A stretch of 64,000 bases of DNA from Callorhinchus milii (GCF_018977255.1 NW_024704742.1:19098001-19162000); one strand, 5' to 3'. Counted from the first letter of the stretch, positions 39,395 to 53,831 are shown. The notes: a model not told the origin generated them from the letters alone. Numbers and translations are program-made.

Positions 39395-41575
39395 AAGGGA
39401 GCACCAGTGCAAACCTTTAACTAGTCTTGTGATAAAAGGATGAACAGCAAACTGAAACCATACCATGACAAGAGGGTTCAACTGAAGTCCATATAGTTTT
39501 CCAGAGTAACTACCTGTAGGAATTCAGAGTTCACACCCAGAAAACAAACCTACACCAAGGATTTTATCAGCAATCTGTTTGATCAATGATCTATTACTTT
39601 TGAAAGCCATCTTCTACAGAGCTCTCTCTAGCACCCAGCTATATCCTGGTACTGATACATTAGCAGGTTTCTGATGCCCAATTTGCAATTAGGGCTGGAA
39701 CGTCAACAACCCAGATTGGAGTCAAGCCTTTCTTAGCTACATTGGTTGAGGCATCTTTTTTAAACAAGCCAAAAAAACACACTCCTTTACACATAAGCTT
39801 ATATCCATAGAAAGCAAAGATAGGGTTTATTCCCCTGTCACCTTACTCCCTTTGAGTTCCAGTATCAATGTCCTGGTGTCTACTACTGTTCCTGGTATCC
39901 CATTCAAGCTACCCTCTCCCTTGGAAAGAAAAAGTGAAATCTGTGTCCTCTTTAGCTGCTGTGTTAGCATATCTGAAATTATTGTTTTGGATTAATCATT
40001 ACAGTAAGTAAAAGATTGCTCAGAAGGTAAAACTAAATAATCAATTAAAATGCTACAATGGTTCCCATTTTTTAATGTTTATTATTTCTGCATTGTTTGC
40101 TCTGGCATAAAACTTTTATGTACTAAATTTACATCTTAAATATCTTGTATAATTCTATTCATACAGTGTTGTATGTTTCAAGAACACTTCAGATTGATTT
40201 CTGCTAGAAAATAATATCTCAGGATAACCAGTATATAGTTTGTGTGGCAACTGCCAGGATGGTGGAAGCTGAACAAAATGGACCTTGGACTTCTTTTGCC
40301 AAGCAAATTCTTATGTTCTTATGTTTTAATATGAAACATGTACAGTATTAAGTCAGAAATATAACGGTAAGTTCAATTGTATTTGAGCTCTTGTGTTGTG
40401 AAATGTAATAAACATAATGGTTCTGACCTTTTGTTAATTATATGTAATTGAAAGATGCAATGCCTAATTTAGTTAATGGCCACAGTTTACAAATGTCAGG
40501 TTTCAACCATTTTCTTTGCGTGTAGTTGAACTGATTTAACCAGTTTGGCCACACAACATTTTTTGAGTAAACTTGTCATGGGATTTGACAAGTCACATGT
40601 TTGCTGATGAAAATGTGGATGTGTGCAAACAGGGGTAGAATCTGGATAAATCACGCTGCTTCTGACCGTCAGAAACACAGAGGTGAAAATTGCAATGTGC
40701 AATGTGTTAATTAACATCTTGGAAATTAACATACTGAAATTAATGACCATGTGATATTTAACATAGCAACTGGCCCATGGTTCCACAGCAGTTCAAAGAT
40801 TTCATAGGATTTACTGTAGTGACTGTATATCTACCGCAGTGACTGTATATTTGCACACAGCATTGTCCTACATACTGAATGACCAATTTTATCTGGGGAT
40901 TTGTTGGACCTATTATAGTAGAATTCAATGCACCAGTACATGAAGCTGTATAGGTTCTGATGATTCCCATCACATAAATATAAAAAAAATTGTTTTCAAA
41001 TTGCCTAAATAAGGCCTTGCTTTTTTCCCATCTTTGTGCGAACTAAAATTCTGCTCTTAAATCTATGCAACCAGGGTCACTGAATCATTTCTAGTAAAAA
41101 TTGCGGATGAAAAATACAGGTGACCCAGATAATTTACTGCCTCTCTCATTCTTTCTGCTCTTTGACAGCCATGGTGTGACGTCAATTGAGTGCCCTGGGA
41201 AAAGTACTTGCTAATCTTGGTTATTTGCCACTTTCGCTTTAACTCTGCCAGAAATTTCACAGGAGGCTTCATTAAAAAGAAAAATCATGCTTATTCCTCA
41301 TCTTGTCTGCATAACACAATTATTTGCGCACAGCAATGTCAGAATATAACAGTTCTGCACCTTCCACTAAATCCTAGAATAAGGACATGACATTGTGGCT
41401 GTTTTTGTTATACCTGAACACAGGACATATTTCTTGCACATCCAATTGAATATAAATTGCTGAACTAGATTTAATGTAACATTTGCATGCATGGTTTCTT
41501 TGCTTTTTAACCTAGAATCATAGGGATCAAAAGTACACTTTTCTTCAAAAGTGTTGAGGGATGAGTGATAAAATG

Positions 41576-41748
41576 TCTATGGAGAAAGGAAAGTGAGTCA
41601 ATGATTCGGGTTACAAGCCTGTGTTAGAAGGGTCGTGGACCTGAAGCGTTGACTCATTTTCCTTTCTCCATAGATGCTGTCTTACCTGCTGAGTGTTCCC
41701 AGCGACTTCTGTTTTTGTTTCAGATTAACAGCATCTGCAGTATTTTGT
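41576..41748 (+). mobile_element. Palindromic Penelope-like repeat fragment
   Basis: 37-bp inverted repeat 41576-41612 / 41638-41674, continuing into gatgctgtcttacctgctgagtgttcccagc...cagcatctgcagtattttg. Confidence 0.5.
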
Positions 41749-41879
41749 GTAGTGTTAAAATGTATTTTGTCATAATAGTTTCCCCCCTCCCCCTCCGCCA
41801 GTCTAGATAAATAATATCTAAACCTGCCTGAAAAAGCTTTGGATTTCTATTGAACAGGGATCATTGTACAATGGAAAAT

Positions 41880-42160
41880 AGGCACATCACACAACTGCAC
41901 ACACATGTACATACCAGCACAAAGAAGCACACGCAATCAGATGCACATACACTCACCCAATCACAAATTGACATACGCACCACACTCACACACAAGCACA
42001 TACAAGTACAAAGAACACACAAAGAGAAACAAGCCCTCATACACACATGCACAGAGATGCAGGTATACACTGACAGAAGCACACACATGCACTAACAGCA
42101 TAACTACAGATGCAAGCAATGCATTAACAGAAACAAACAGGCAGACACACACACTTACCC
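41880..42160. repeat. Degenerate (CA)n-rich low-complexity tract
   Basis: Eroded cacaca/tacaca runs. Confidence 0.75.
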
Positions 42161-42309
42161 AGTGCAGAGAAAATAAATCAATTGCAATGCATCCATGGGC
42201 CAAAAACAATTGGATTTCAAACTACTATGCAATAAAATGATAAATCTGTTTCCCCTTAAATATTATTTTTATTCATATCACGCATTAAGTTTTTTTTTCT
42301 TGTTTACAA

Positions 42310-42654
42310 AAATGGGAAATCCAAAGGAGAAACGAGAAGAAATGGCAAATCCAGAGGAGAAACGAGAAGAAATGGGAAACGCAGAGGAGTAACGAGAAGA
42401 AATGGGAAATGCAGAGGAGAATCGAGGAGAAATTGGGAAATCCAGAGGAGAAATTGGAAGAAATGGGAAATCCAGAGGAAAAATATAAAGAAATGGGAAA
42501 TCCAGAGGAAAAATGTGAAGAAATGGGAAATCCAGAGGAAAAATATGAACAAATGGGAAATCTAGAGGAGAAACAGGAAGAAATGGGAAATCCAGAGGAG
42601 AAACGGGAAGAAATGGGAAATCCAGAGGAGAAACGGAAAGAAATGGGAAATCCA
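42310..42654. repeat. 30-bp purine-rich minisatellite, ~11.4 copies
   Basis: Unit ~aaatgggaaatccagaggagaaacgagaag; units start at 42312, 42342, 42372, 42402, 42433 ... 42643 (one unit is 31 bp). Confidence 0.97.
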
Positions 42655-42683
42655 TATTGTAATAGAAACTATTTCAGTGTGTG

Positions 42684-42922
42684 ATGTTAGGAGGAATATT
42701 TTTCAGGAACAGAGTAGTTAGGATATGAAATGCCTTGTCAGGAGCAGTAGTTGAGGTATAATCCATGTTAGCCTTCAAAAGTTAAGTATCTGAAAATGAG
42801 TAAACTACCAGGTTATGTGGAAAGGGCTTGCAAATGGATACAATTTTTCTTAAAAAAAAAGCCAGCACAGTCCCGAATGGTCTGAATGGCCTCTTTCGGT
42901 GCTATGCATTTTTGTGGTTCTA
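42684..42922 (+). mobile_element. CR1-like 3' fragment
   Basis: gttaggaggaatatttttcaggaacagagtagttaggatatgaaatgccttg...gaatggtctgaatggcctct. Confidence 0.6.
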
Positions 42923-44892
42923 TATTTGGATTAGATGTTTTGTAGGAAGCAGAAACCTGCATTTTGCCAATGAATGATTGGAAAATATTATGTAAGTTGT
43001 CTACAAAAATAATGTTAAGTAGAATAACTGTGCAGGTGTGAACCATTCCTATTTAAAATAAATCTATGGTTCATAGGAAGTTATCGCATACAAGGATTGT
43101 TATAACTCAGGCTACATGCTAAGCATTCTGACTGGAGCAGCAGTCAGAGCCAACCGAGGACAAGATGGTTCTGAATTGTCATGCTCTCCTGGGGAGATGA
43201 TTCCTTGGTTGCTGGACTAACCACAGTCACTTGATTGCAATTACAGTAAGGAGATGCCTCCAGTAACTTTTCAGTATCAGATACCCCAGATACAACCTAC
43301 ATGAGAGCTGTTCATAGCCTTGTTGTCCGTCTCTGCCAAATGGCTGAAAGACCCAATGTATATGTCCTGTATTCTTCTCTACAAGGCTAATTGTAGCTCA
43401 TCAATAAGACTTGGTGGGTCACTGGGAGCAGGGAATCCCCCGCATTAAGCTCCTATTAACCCTGCAATTCAAAACCCCAATGGGTAGGGTGTTCCTAACT
43501 GAACACCAATGCTCTTTTACTAACAAGGTACTTATTGGCAGGTTTTAGCTTTTCAACTTGTTAAACTGCAGCAATACCTCAGTGCACACTCTAAGGTGTC
43601 CAGGCCTTGGCTCTTGCCAACCTGCACCTAATACTCCCTGGAATTTAAATAAGCAGGGGACAGAGTGTGTGGGTCGCATACATATGTAAAACTCTCAGTC
43701 TTGTTTGGATACTGTTAATTATGGTGACAGATTTTAGCATGTTGATCAAAAAAATTGATCCTTATACCATTGAGTTGGATTTCCTTTTAAAATAGTTTTA
43801 AATAAAACAAAATTCATGCTATTGTTAGTGCTGCTTCTCCACTTTCTTGCAGGCTCAACCTTTCCTCTTTCAAAACTGTGCCTAATTGGGTTGTTATTTT
43901 TAGTCTCTGTCATTACAACAAGCTATGGAGTGATCACCAGAAGCCAGTTCATTAGTATTCAGGAAAATTAGTCAGCCAATCGCTAATGGACTAGTCAATG
44001 TCTGGCACTTCATGAAAACAAGGAAATTCTTTCATTAATTTGCCACGAGTCAATGTCAATTTCAAACTCTGCACAAAGGTGAGAAAAGAAATAGCTCCTT
44101 GCTCTTGTTCTAATTTAGCTCAGGCAAATTGTGGAGCACATTCCACCCTCCGTTCACCTTGTCTTTGGTCACAACTGATTCATCATTGCAAAATACAACC
44201 ATTGTTGTTAGTTGATTAAGACAAAAGCATTGAGTGTTTTTTGGGTGTGACCCCACTCGCCTGACTTTTTCCCATTGACTGGGCACGAAGCAGGAATGCC
44301 GTATGCATTGGATTTCTCAGGCAGCAGAAAGCCTACTTCATTGTGATTTTATTTGCTGCATTTAACTGTATCATAAAAAAAATGTACTTATCAAGTGTCT
44401 TTCACACAGAGTGGATGCCTTGAAAAGTTAAGCAAGTATCCAGCTAACCAGATATCCAATGATCTAATCCCCAGGCTGTCTTTGGGCTCAACTATTGTAA
44501 TGGACTTGGAACAGATGAGAAGTTCAATCAATGTCTTTCATTATCAACTGACTGTTTTGCTTGTAATTTGATGGTAATGTTCTCATGGATTTCATGCTGA
44601 GTTGGCTGCTCACCAAGGGGTGTTCATGAAATTCTGGCACCTCATGAAATGAACAACCTTAAGCCCACAATTTAGACACATACCAACTACATACAACCGT
44701 ACAGCAATAAGCCGACAAAAGTCCATAACAGTTAAAAGTTTTGTAGAGGATCATGTTGGTGTTAAACAGCAACGTAAACCACAACAACAAATTACATTCG
44801 TATAGAGCTTTCACGTCAGGAGGACGTCCCAAGGTGCTGGAAGACTACAGTAGAAGTTTAAGCCTTTGTGTGCTTGTATATTTCCAGAGGGT

Positions 44893-45325
44893 ATAAATAA
44901 TAATACTTGCATTAGATTTAACTTTATCGCAGTGAAATGTCTCAAAGCACTTTACATCATTTTTTATAAACTGTAGTGACTGTGTATTTGTAGATAAGTG
45001 CGGCAGACAGTTAGCACACAGTAATGTCCCAAAAAAGTCATCAAGTGTATGTCTAATGTCTGATCTAAGAGAAATACTCAGGACACTAGGGGAAACTCCT
45101 TTCTTTTATCAAATAGCTTCATGGGATCTTTATTGTCCAGCTGAACCAGCAAACATCTGATATGAAGTTTAACATCTCACTCGAAGGAAATCACCTCTGA
45201 TATTGCAATATTACTCTCCTAATGGTATTGGAGCACAATTCTAGACTGTAAGCCCAAATTACGACATGAGGCTCAAAATCATCAACCTCTGACTCAGCGG
45301 CAAGAACAATACCAATTGAGCCAGG
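44893..45325 (-). mobile_element. DeuSINE, old, near full length
   Basis: Tail, Deu core (atgggatcttt...tttaacatctca) and head (ctctgactcag) appear in reverse order. Confidence 0.65.
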
Positions 45326-46148
45326 TTAACATCCTAACTAACAATAGCTGCAGTCTTGTTGGTTTTCCAAAGTACAGGGGACAGTTCAAAGCATGCACGT
45401 AGCAGTTACAGCTCCCTCCAGAAACACAGGTCCATGCATTTAGCAAAAAGGATTGTATTCAATAAGCATACAAATTAGTAGTTACTGTAGCAGACTAACC
45501 ATATCTATTATGTCTTGATAATGGCAGTGGAGCCACAAGGCCATCATTCTATGGATTTGCATGTCTTCCATCAGGATGATACATGTATGGTGAGGTTTAT
45601 ATAATCAAAATAGGCTTTTTTCACTCCTACTCAAAGTCTAAGTAAGACAGGAAATCGTTACAATCAGACACAGGGGTATTGGAGCATATAAACTTATAAA
45701 TTTCCATAATACAAGGCAAAGTGTGAGAAGGTAACCAGCCTGATGTCGTGCATTGGAATAGAACTCAAAATGATCAGCAAGAAAAGAGACAAGCAAATCT
45801 TAGCAGAATGGTACGTTTTATATAAACTCAACAATCAAAAAGGGAAATAATGCAGCGAAAGTAATAAACAAGTGTCACACAATTGCTCTGTAACGTGGAT
45901 ATGCCATTCAGAAAGAGCTATGCAGTTACAGCTCTGCGCCTCGTCTGCTTTTTACTGCTTAAATTGGAAAATCATATTTTTATTTGTTTTAAGTCAAGGT
46001 ACTAAAAGTTCTCCAGCTGAATGATTTCCCTCCATGAAAATTAAACAAGTCTGTGTTTTTTTTGTGAAATTATTTCCTGTTCCAAATTCTTATTTCAGTG
46101 CACTAATGATATGGCAAGAATAATCTTGCAAGTCAAATTTCAATTTCA

Positions 46149-46404
46149 TAATAATAATAATTCTTGCATTTGATATAGCCCTTTTCACGTCGGGAGGACG
46201 TCCCAAAGCGCTTCACAGAACACACTGTAAAGTAAATTGACTGTATATTTGTGGGCGAATGCGGCAGCGAATTGCGCACAGCAATGTCCCACAAACAGTC
46301 GTAGATTGAAAATGACCAATTTATTATTGTTTTGGGTTTTGGAGGGATTATTATTAGACGTGTGGAGTAAGGAAACTTGCCCAAGGTTTCCTTACTCCAC
46401 ATGC
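46149..46404 (-). mobile_element. Young short-subfamily SINE lacking its tRNA head and ending in a fold-back
   Basis: Highly similar to the reverse complement of the body and tail of 61541-61866; 16-bp inverted repeat at the 5' end. Confidence 0.9.
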
Positions 46405-49400
46405 ATAAACATCTTGTAGGAAAACATCAGACGAACTTGCTCTTTTTTAAAACCATTTTCTATGATTTGCTGCTTTGATTTTCTTTTCTGTTCTCTAACT
46501 GACTCTCGGTTAATATTCTCAAATCGTTCCAAGAGTTTGTATTTTGTTCTGCTTAATAAAGAGATAACTTATTATGCGATGCATTCACTTTAAAGAGCCG
46601 AGCAAAGAGATTGACAAATCTCCTAGGCACCTGCACACTGTTTTCATCTCATTCCTTCGCTGAGAGTAAATTTTCAGAATTTTAAAATGCCGCAATTAAA
46701 ATTCATGTTTGTAAAATAAATCTCTAGAAAATGAAGTATGGATGGTGCTCATGTGAATCAATTCGGATCTCAAAATATAACTTAAATGACCTACATGCTA
46801 ATAAGTAGTTAGACATAATATTGTAATGAAGGAAAAGAGAATCAAAGCACACAGTGAAATACATCACTCCGAGAACACGTTTGAGCTTACAGAGGTGACC
46901 AAAAAATTGTGATAACTGCCCTATTATCTAAATAAAATATCATTATTTCTTTAAGACTTATTAGACATTATAATGGTATCATGACATTGTCATCCTGTAT
47001 TATGTAAACTAAGTTAAGAGAAGACAATTCAGTCTATTGATCCTATTTCACCAGTTTATTAGATCATTATTAGGTGATTATATCCCATTTTACTGCCTTA
47101 TATCCTTGATACCACCCACCCCATCTATTGCCCATCAGTGTAGTGCATTATCATATGACACTCCTCAATTTTCATGTCATTTCTACATTGCTGTAAACAA
47201 AGCCATGTCACTTCTAGAGTAGAGTCTTGTGGAGCTGGAAGCCTCATTCATCCCCACTGCTCACAGCACTTGACAAGAGCTGCAACAAAGCTAATATGCA
47301 ATAGTCTACATAAGGGTTAATTTTGAAATCCTTTATCAAATCCTGTGGGTTTTTTAAAATCATTAAATAGATGGGCAGCGCAAGAACCTTTAAAGGAGCA
47401 GAGTTGGAATCAATTGACATCTGCTGTGTTTATACTGCATCAAGTAATAAAGCTATTTTGTCAAGGTGATCTCAGCAGTGATTCAGTTTAGAAGCACACT
47501 TGCTCAACTCAGATTTATACTGCACTTTTTGCTGCCCCCACTGAGGAACATAGTGTACACCCGGAATTAAAGACAAAATGCTATTCTGATTCAGAATTCT
47601 CTCTGTTCTCTCTACGTCCAACAGCAGCAGCAACACGTTATATAAAGGCATCTCAGCCTGAAGGAGGAAACGGAGGCGTATCACACCACGAGACAAACAC
47701 TTGGAGACAAATTCAACAGGAGGGAAATAATCCTGGACATTGATCAGTTGCTTCATGCCACAGGGGGAAAATTCAACAAGAAAAATTGAACCGCTGCTTT
47801 TCAATTTATCAGTGAGCTTTTGCCCCCAGGAGGACAGAAATCCAGCTCCCAATTGTCCTGCAAATGAGGGATAAGATTCAAAATAAATAAATCTGGTCCA
47901 AATTATACATCCTGGGGTGGAGATCCGCAGGTATTGGCTTTATTAGCATGAATTTAAGTTTGGATATAAAAAATACCTGATTTCTGCCATCATTGGCACA
48001 AATAATTAAATGAAAAGACTGCATTGCCTCGTCAAAAATTGTCTGAGTTACAAGGCGACACAATTCTCCGAACCCTTGTACCAGCTGATCAGAGCAAAGG
48101 GACCCACTGGTCAGTCCTGCAAAGTCTTAAACTTTTTTTCCAGCACAAAAAAAATTCTGGCACAACAGGATGACATTGATCCACATTGCGTCCTGTCTTT
48201 ACTTCATGGTGTTCAGCTCTGGTACATCAAAACTCAGGTTTTAGAGAGCCAAAGGCTGATGTGGATAACTGGAAACTGGTTCATGCAAGTTCCTGAAGAC
48301 CAACAGAGAGCATGGCTGCATCTCGTTCTGCTTTCAGCTTGAGTCAACTTATATGCCAATATTCTGCAGTGATAGCATTTTATTTCAGTTTAACACCTGG
48401 CTCTCAGTACGGGGGTGGAGGGTTTGAAGCAGAGACAAAGGAACATTTTGGAAAAGACTGCCATGGGTCCATCTGACTGGAATAAATTTGAAAAGTAATT
48501 CTACAATACTTGATCTCTTTAACTTCAATTGAACTTTTCACTAATTTCCTCTTGAACTTGGTGACACAAGCTGCCTCCTTAGGTAGTCTACTCCATATAT
48601 TCATCACATCAGATCTGAACAATTTGTTCACCTTCCTTCTTCTGAGCTTAACTTTATGTTCCATTGTTCAAGATTTTTGACCGTGTTTTAAACATATTAT
48701 TAGGGTTCAGTTTACTTGGACCTTTAGGATCTCGAATACTTCAATAGTATCATCACTTATAGCCCTCAGTTCTTCAATGTGAATATCCACAGATTAACCA
48801 ATGTAATCTGTTGACCAGTCCCAACCTACCATACCCACCTCTCCTAGTAACTCAAGACCTGTTTGATTGCCATTCACTGTATATTTTTCAATGCTATAAT
48901 GAGCTTTCAAATATGACCTTTCATCGGAGATATTTTGATTTCATGTAAATGCAAATTCAAATTTTAATCACTGAACATCACTTATCAGTGTAAAGTTCAC
49001 GTTGAGAACTGCAGAGCTCCTCCAATGATTTAGTTTCACTGCCTCCTGGGCTACTAAGGGATATATCAGCTAGGGTCGATTGTAATTTAGTGACTCCTGT
49101 TGTTAAGTGCAAGTGGGCGGATGTCAGATAAGGATAAGATCAGACTTAACTATGATGCCCCTGCTGTTGAATAGCTTGTTAACATTCACTGTCTAACTTC
49201 ACATGGCCACTTAGGCAGCTAACGAGTGGTACCCAGCAAGAAAAGTGGAGTCAATTTTTTTGAGATGAGGAGAGAAAATTAGTGAGAGGAAGAAAAGATG
49301 CCTGACAGCCTGAAAGAGGTGAGTATACAGATAACTTAAATGCTCATGTTGCTGACAGAATGATAGCAGTTCAGCTCCTTTCAAGTAACTCTCAAAGGCA

Positions 49401-50272
49401 CTTTCCTGTAAAAAATGCCTTCAGCACTCAACATGCTCACAGCAATTTTCTGAATAAAATCAATCGGCAGGAAAGAAAGTCAAATGTTAAATGTGATCAG
49501 CACTTTGTAAAGTTTAGTCCTTTCTTGTTATGGATTCATACTGTGACAGCTATCTATAAAAAAAAGCCCAGCAGTTATGGGACAACAGTTACAATAATGT
49601 TTAGATTCCTTTCAAGAGCTTCATGTAGAGCAGACCCTGACTTTGAGCATTTTAATAATTTTTAAAGTCAATCCACTTTACAATATATTCTGTCAAGCGC
49701 TTTGAGATGTCTCAATGATGTGATAAAGCACTATATTAAATGCAAGGATTATTATTGTTATATTAGTAGTTTTGAGGTTCATCAAATTTGTCCCAGACTG
49801 ATTGCTAACTCCCCTTTGTTAATGCCCTAGAACAGGACAGCAATCACCTGGTTTACCCCCGATGTAAAAGACGTTATATCAATGCAAATTTGTTGTTGTT
49901 GTTGGTTTAGTAATTTTGAACTCTATTTCATCATTACTGTACGAGGTTAGATTTTAATCTTCCTATTCTGCAGTAAAATGTGCTGTCTGAGTCGGAGACG
50001 CCTATGAAAGTTGCCTATTGATAGAGAAGTGTCCTACCTCTCTGGTTTATGTGCAAGTGAAGCAATGGTCAATTTGCTATTCAGATCATTGAATGGAACC
50101 AGATATGCCTTTGGTAGATACAAGCCCCTGACACTGTTCTTCGTGGTGAAGTCTAGGAGGCCGAGCCACAGCTGTCGAGCTCTGGCTCATGAATCACAAC
50201 CTTTCCATTGCTGCTTGCAGTAAACCAACAAGTATAGAAGGGTATCATGCTGAAGAGCAGTGCAAGTCCACT

Positions 50273-50630
50273 AATAATAATAATACATTTGATATAGCCC
50301 CTTAACACATCATTGAGTCATTTCAAAGCACGTCACAGAATGTATTGTAAAGTGGATTGACTGTGTATTTTGTGGGCAAAACATGGCAGCCAAATTGCAC
50401 ACAGCAGTGTCCCACAAATAGTCATGGATTGAGTGACCAAATTACATTTTGAGGGGTTACTACCCCGGAATGCGATCCGCCAATCGACTAACAACCGGTT
50501 CTTACTTGCTGCTAAGTAGGAAAGGGAGTGTGGAGTAAGGAAACTTGCCTAATGTTTCGCCCCACCAGGAATCAAACATGGGTCCTCTTGCTTGTGAGGC
50601 GAGTGCGCTAACCACTATGCCTCGGGCTTC
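50273..50630 (-). mobile_element. tRNA-derived SINE, long subfamily
   Basis: Full-length reverse copy. Confidence 0.85.
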
Positions 50631-53520
50631 CATTTTTTCTCAGACTATTGAGAACATTGTAGTGATGGTGGGGGGAGGGGGTGTTCCTCATTCCCACACT
50701 AGGTTCATTCCATGCCTTAAATAATGAAATATTTTAAATTGACCGAAATCAATAAAGACAGCAATCTTTCTGCTTCCTTTCATATGGAAATTTTCATTGC
50801 AATAATGAAGTGCAAAGATCATTATTTTTCATAATACGTGTAAAATAGACCATCCCCTCCACCGTCCATGAACAAATGAAACACTAATATAATAATTATT
50901 ACTATATTAATAAATAATGCTTTGAGATGTCTCAACAATATGATACGGTGCAATGTCAAATGTAAGGATTATTATTATTAATAATAATATTAATATGGAC
51001 GCATTTTGGGGGATAAACTACATTTCCTTTCATACTTATTTCTGACATATTGCAGTGATCAAAATAGCCTCAATAAGTTATACAGTATTTTGCAGATTGG
51101 ATTGGTTGGATGGAAGGAAATGGAACAGATGGTTCATCAAAGCAGAATTAAAAAGTACATCATCATTTTTCGATTCAGAAGTCACCTACCTGTCAGTCAC
51201 TACTTTCAGTGAGTGACACTAGAGATGTGTGAAATAGGAAGACAACAGCACAGGTGGTGCAATACTCTCAAGATGGTGCATACTAAGAATAAATAGAAAG
51301 ATCAGGAACATGTCACAGTGAGCATATGTGGTAACACTTCTTAAACAGGAATAACTAAATTTAAATGATCCAATGTTTGGATTCAGATTTTTCTTCCTCC
51401 TTTTTTTAAAACATTTGACTCGTTTTACATTGTGTTGCAATATGGTTCCATGGGTACCATTCATCTTTTGATTCTCTTTCCAACTAAACGTTATTTTGAG
51501 CCGTAACAGTTCACGTAGCAGATTATTCAACAATTACAGGTTGACTGAATCATATCATCACCCATGTCCCCAAATAATGCAACTCGAGAAAATTTCTCTG
51601 GTTAGTGATCAGAGGCCTGAGGGAAACTTCAAAACTCGGCTGGATCCAACACCTCATCAACTACCTTAAAAGCGAGGCGTGGAAAAATGGCCAACTTCCT
51701 AGTCATCAGGTCACTGTTGACATCACTGTCTTTATGAAGCTGGCTAGTCAGTGCTGGAAGCTGGGTGTACCACGCTTCTGGTTAGGTGGGTCCAAAGTAG
51801 ACCTGTGCTATAAATTACACAGGGCTAACCTGAAGAAGGGCGTTATAATGGGTTTCTCCTCTACCATCCAGGCTTAGTCTGCAAAACCATTTTGTCTTCA
51901 AATTTTAGATTGTACAGAATTCTGAATAATTCTTAATTTTGCCACTTCAAATTAAAATTGAATTTAAGAATTTTCACCAAACAGATTTTCTACAATTCTG
52001 AATGATCTGAAATTTTAATAAAAAATGGTGTCATAGGTTAAGATTGGGTGTAATTTCAAGGTTTAAGGGTGAGAATGCTGATTGTTTTCCCCCCCCTCCT
52101 CTTCATAGGAGCATTGCAGCTGCCTTTGTACTACCACAGACAACAGAAAATACAACGGCAATGCTGGATTCAAACCTAGTACCTTCAAAGACTGGATGTC
52201 TCAGTCCCTTACTGGATAAATTAAATTAACTGTGGAGTGACTGCACATTTGGAAGCAAACCCAATTGTCAAGGCAGACTGGAAGGATTTATTTCAAGTAT
52301 ATATTCCTTCAAGTACATTTAATATTGCTTCTTGTCATGTTGACACAAAGTGCTTCATAGGATTTATTTACTGTGAAGTGCCGAGCTTGTGCAGACCAAC
52401 TCACAGGCAATTTGCATAAAGGAATGTCTCACAAACAGCCATGAAGTAAATGACCAATTTTTTATGTCTTGATGTAACCTTCTAACTCGGAGATATGAAT
52501 GAGATGAAATGAGTCAGGCTGGCACCGTGTCTCACTTTGTCCAGAACAAAGTGCCATGAACCTTAATTTTAATTTCCACCAAAAAAAATGTCCTAGTATT
52601 TAAAACAACCACAATTTACATTTATATAGTTCCTTTCACTTCTAACTAACTCAAAGTGCTTTACTGGGCATCCGACTTAGGTGGTGGTGGAGGATTAGCT
52701 CAGGAAGGTGGGAAGGATGGAAAGGTGACTGAATGAGTGATCGAAAAGATAGGTCATAAGGGAGGAGATGAGGTGGAGGGAACCTGTGATAGATTTCCAG
52801 AGAAGACTCAGGACAGAATTGACTGAAAGCTTTTATTTCATAAAATGTTCTGCCTTTAACTACAAGACACGTAGACAAATTCCATAACTACTGACATATC
52901 TTACTGGGGTGGTCCAGGTGTCCCTTCCCTGAGCACTGAAGACTTCATCTGTCACAGCACAACCTGCTGCAAATCCGTCTTCCCCACTCCTATTGCTGGT
53001 AGAAGCCATAGCCTGCACATTAGAACTGGCATCTGGACATCATCTGTTGAGTGCAATGCAGCTGACCGAGCAAGCTATCACCATGCATCCCATGCGGCAG
53101 AATATCTCAGCAACAGTATTGGAAATAAATATAAATATTATCTGGATTGTGTTTTACCAGCGTACACAATTCACTTATAAAGCTGAGAGGGTATCCCTTG
53201 AAGTGCACTCAAATCCTGCACTCCCTAGGATACAACCATGGTGGTGACTTGAGGCTTCAGGTCAGCTTTGGGCCCAGCCTTTCTATCAAAGACTAGGGGA
53301 GGGAGCAAATGTTCCTCTCACTAACCAGTGATTTGGACTGCAATGATATGAAGATTATCACTGGTGTTAATTACAGCCAGTGTTGCATTTTCACCTCAAT
53401 GTTTCTATTCTATGTAAATACCTTGAATATTGAATCTAATCACACTGCGCTTAATTGACATCCAAATAAAGCAGACAAACGATTTGCAAAAAAAAATTAA
53501 AATTGTTTAAACAATTATAT

Positions 53521-53831
53521 AATAATAATAATCCTTGCATTTGATATAGCACTTTTTCACATCTTCTAGATGTCTCAAAAAGCTTCACAGAATATGCTGT
53601 AAAGTGAATTGACCGTATTTTTTTTGTGGGCGAAACGCGGCAGCCAATTGCGCTCAACAGTGTCCCACAAACAGTCGTTGATTGAAAATGACCAATTTAT
53701 TATTGTTCTTTGTTTTTGGAGGGATTATTATTAGGCATGTGGAGTAAGGAAACTTGCCCAAGATTTCGCCCTGTCTGGAATTGGACCCTGTTGTCTCGCT
53801 TGCAACCACTAACCCTGAGTTACAGGACTCC
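53521..53831 (-). mobile_element. tRNA-derived SINE, short subfamily (a tail-only fragment follows at ~53891-54003)
   Basis: (AAT)n...gtggagtaaggaaacttgccc...tacaggactcc. Confidence 0.88.

Noticed and set aside
42310..42654. CRISPR-like array or repeat-protein gene (MGNPEEKREE)n
   Set aside because: The variable parts are ~10 nt and related to each other, not unique spacers; vertebrate context with no cas genes; the reading frame has a stop and a frameshift and no splice signals.
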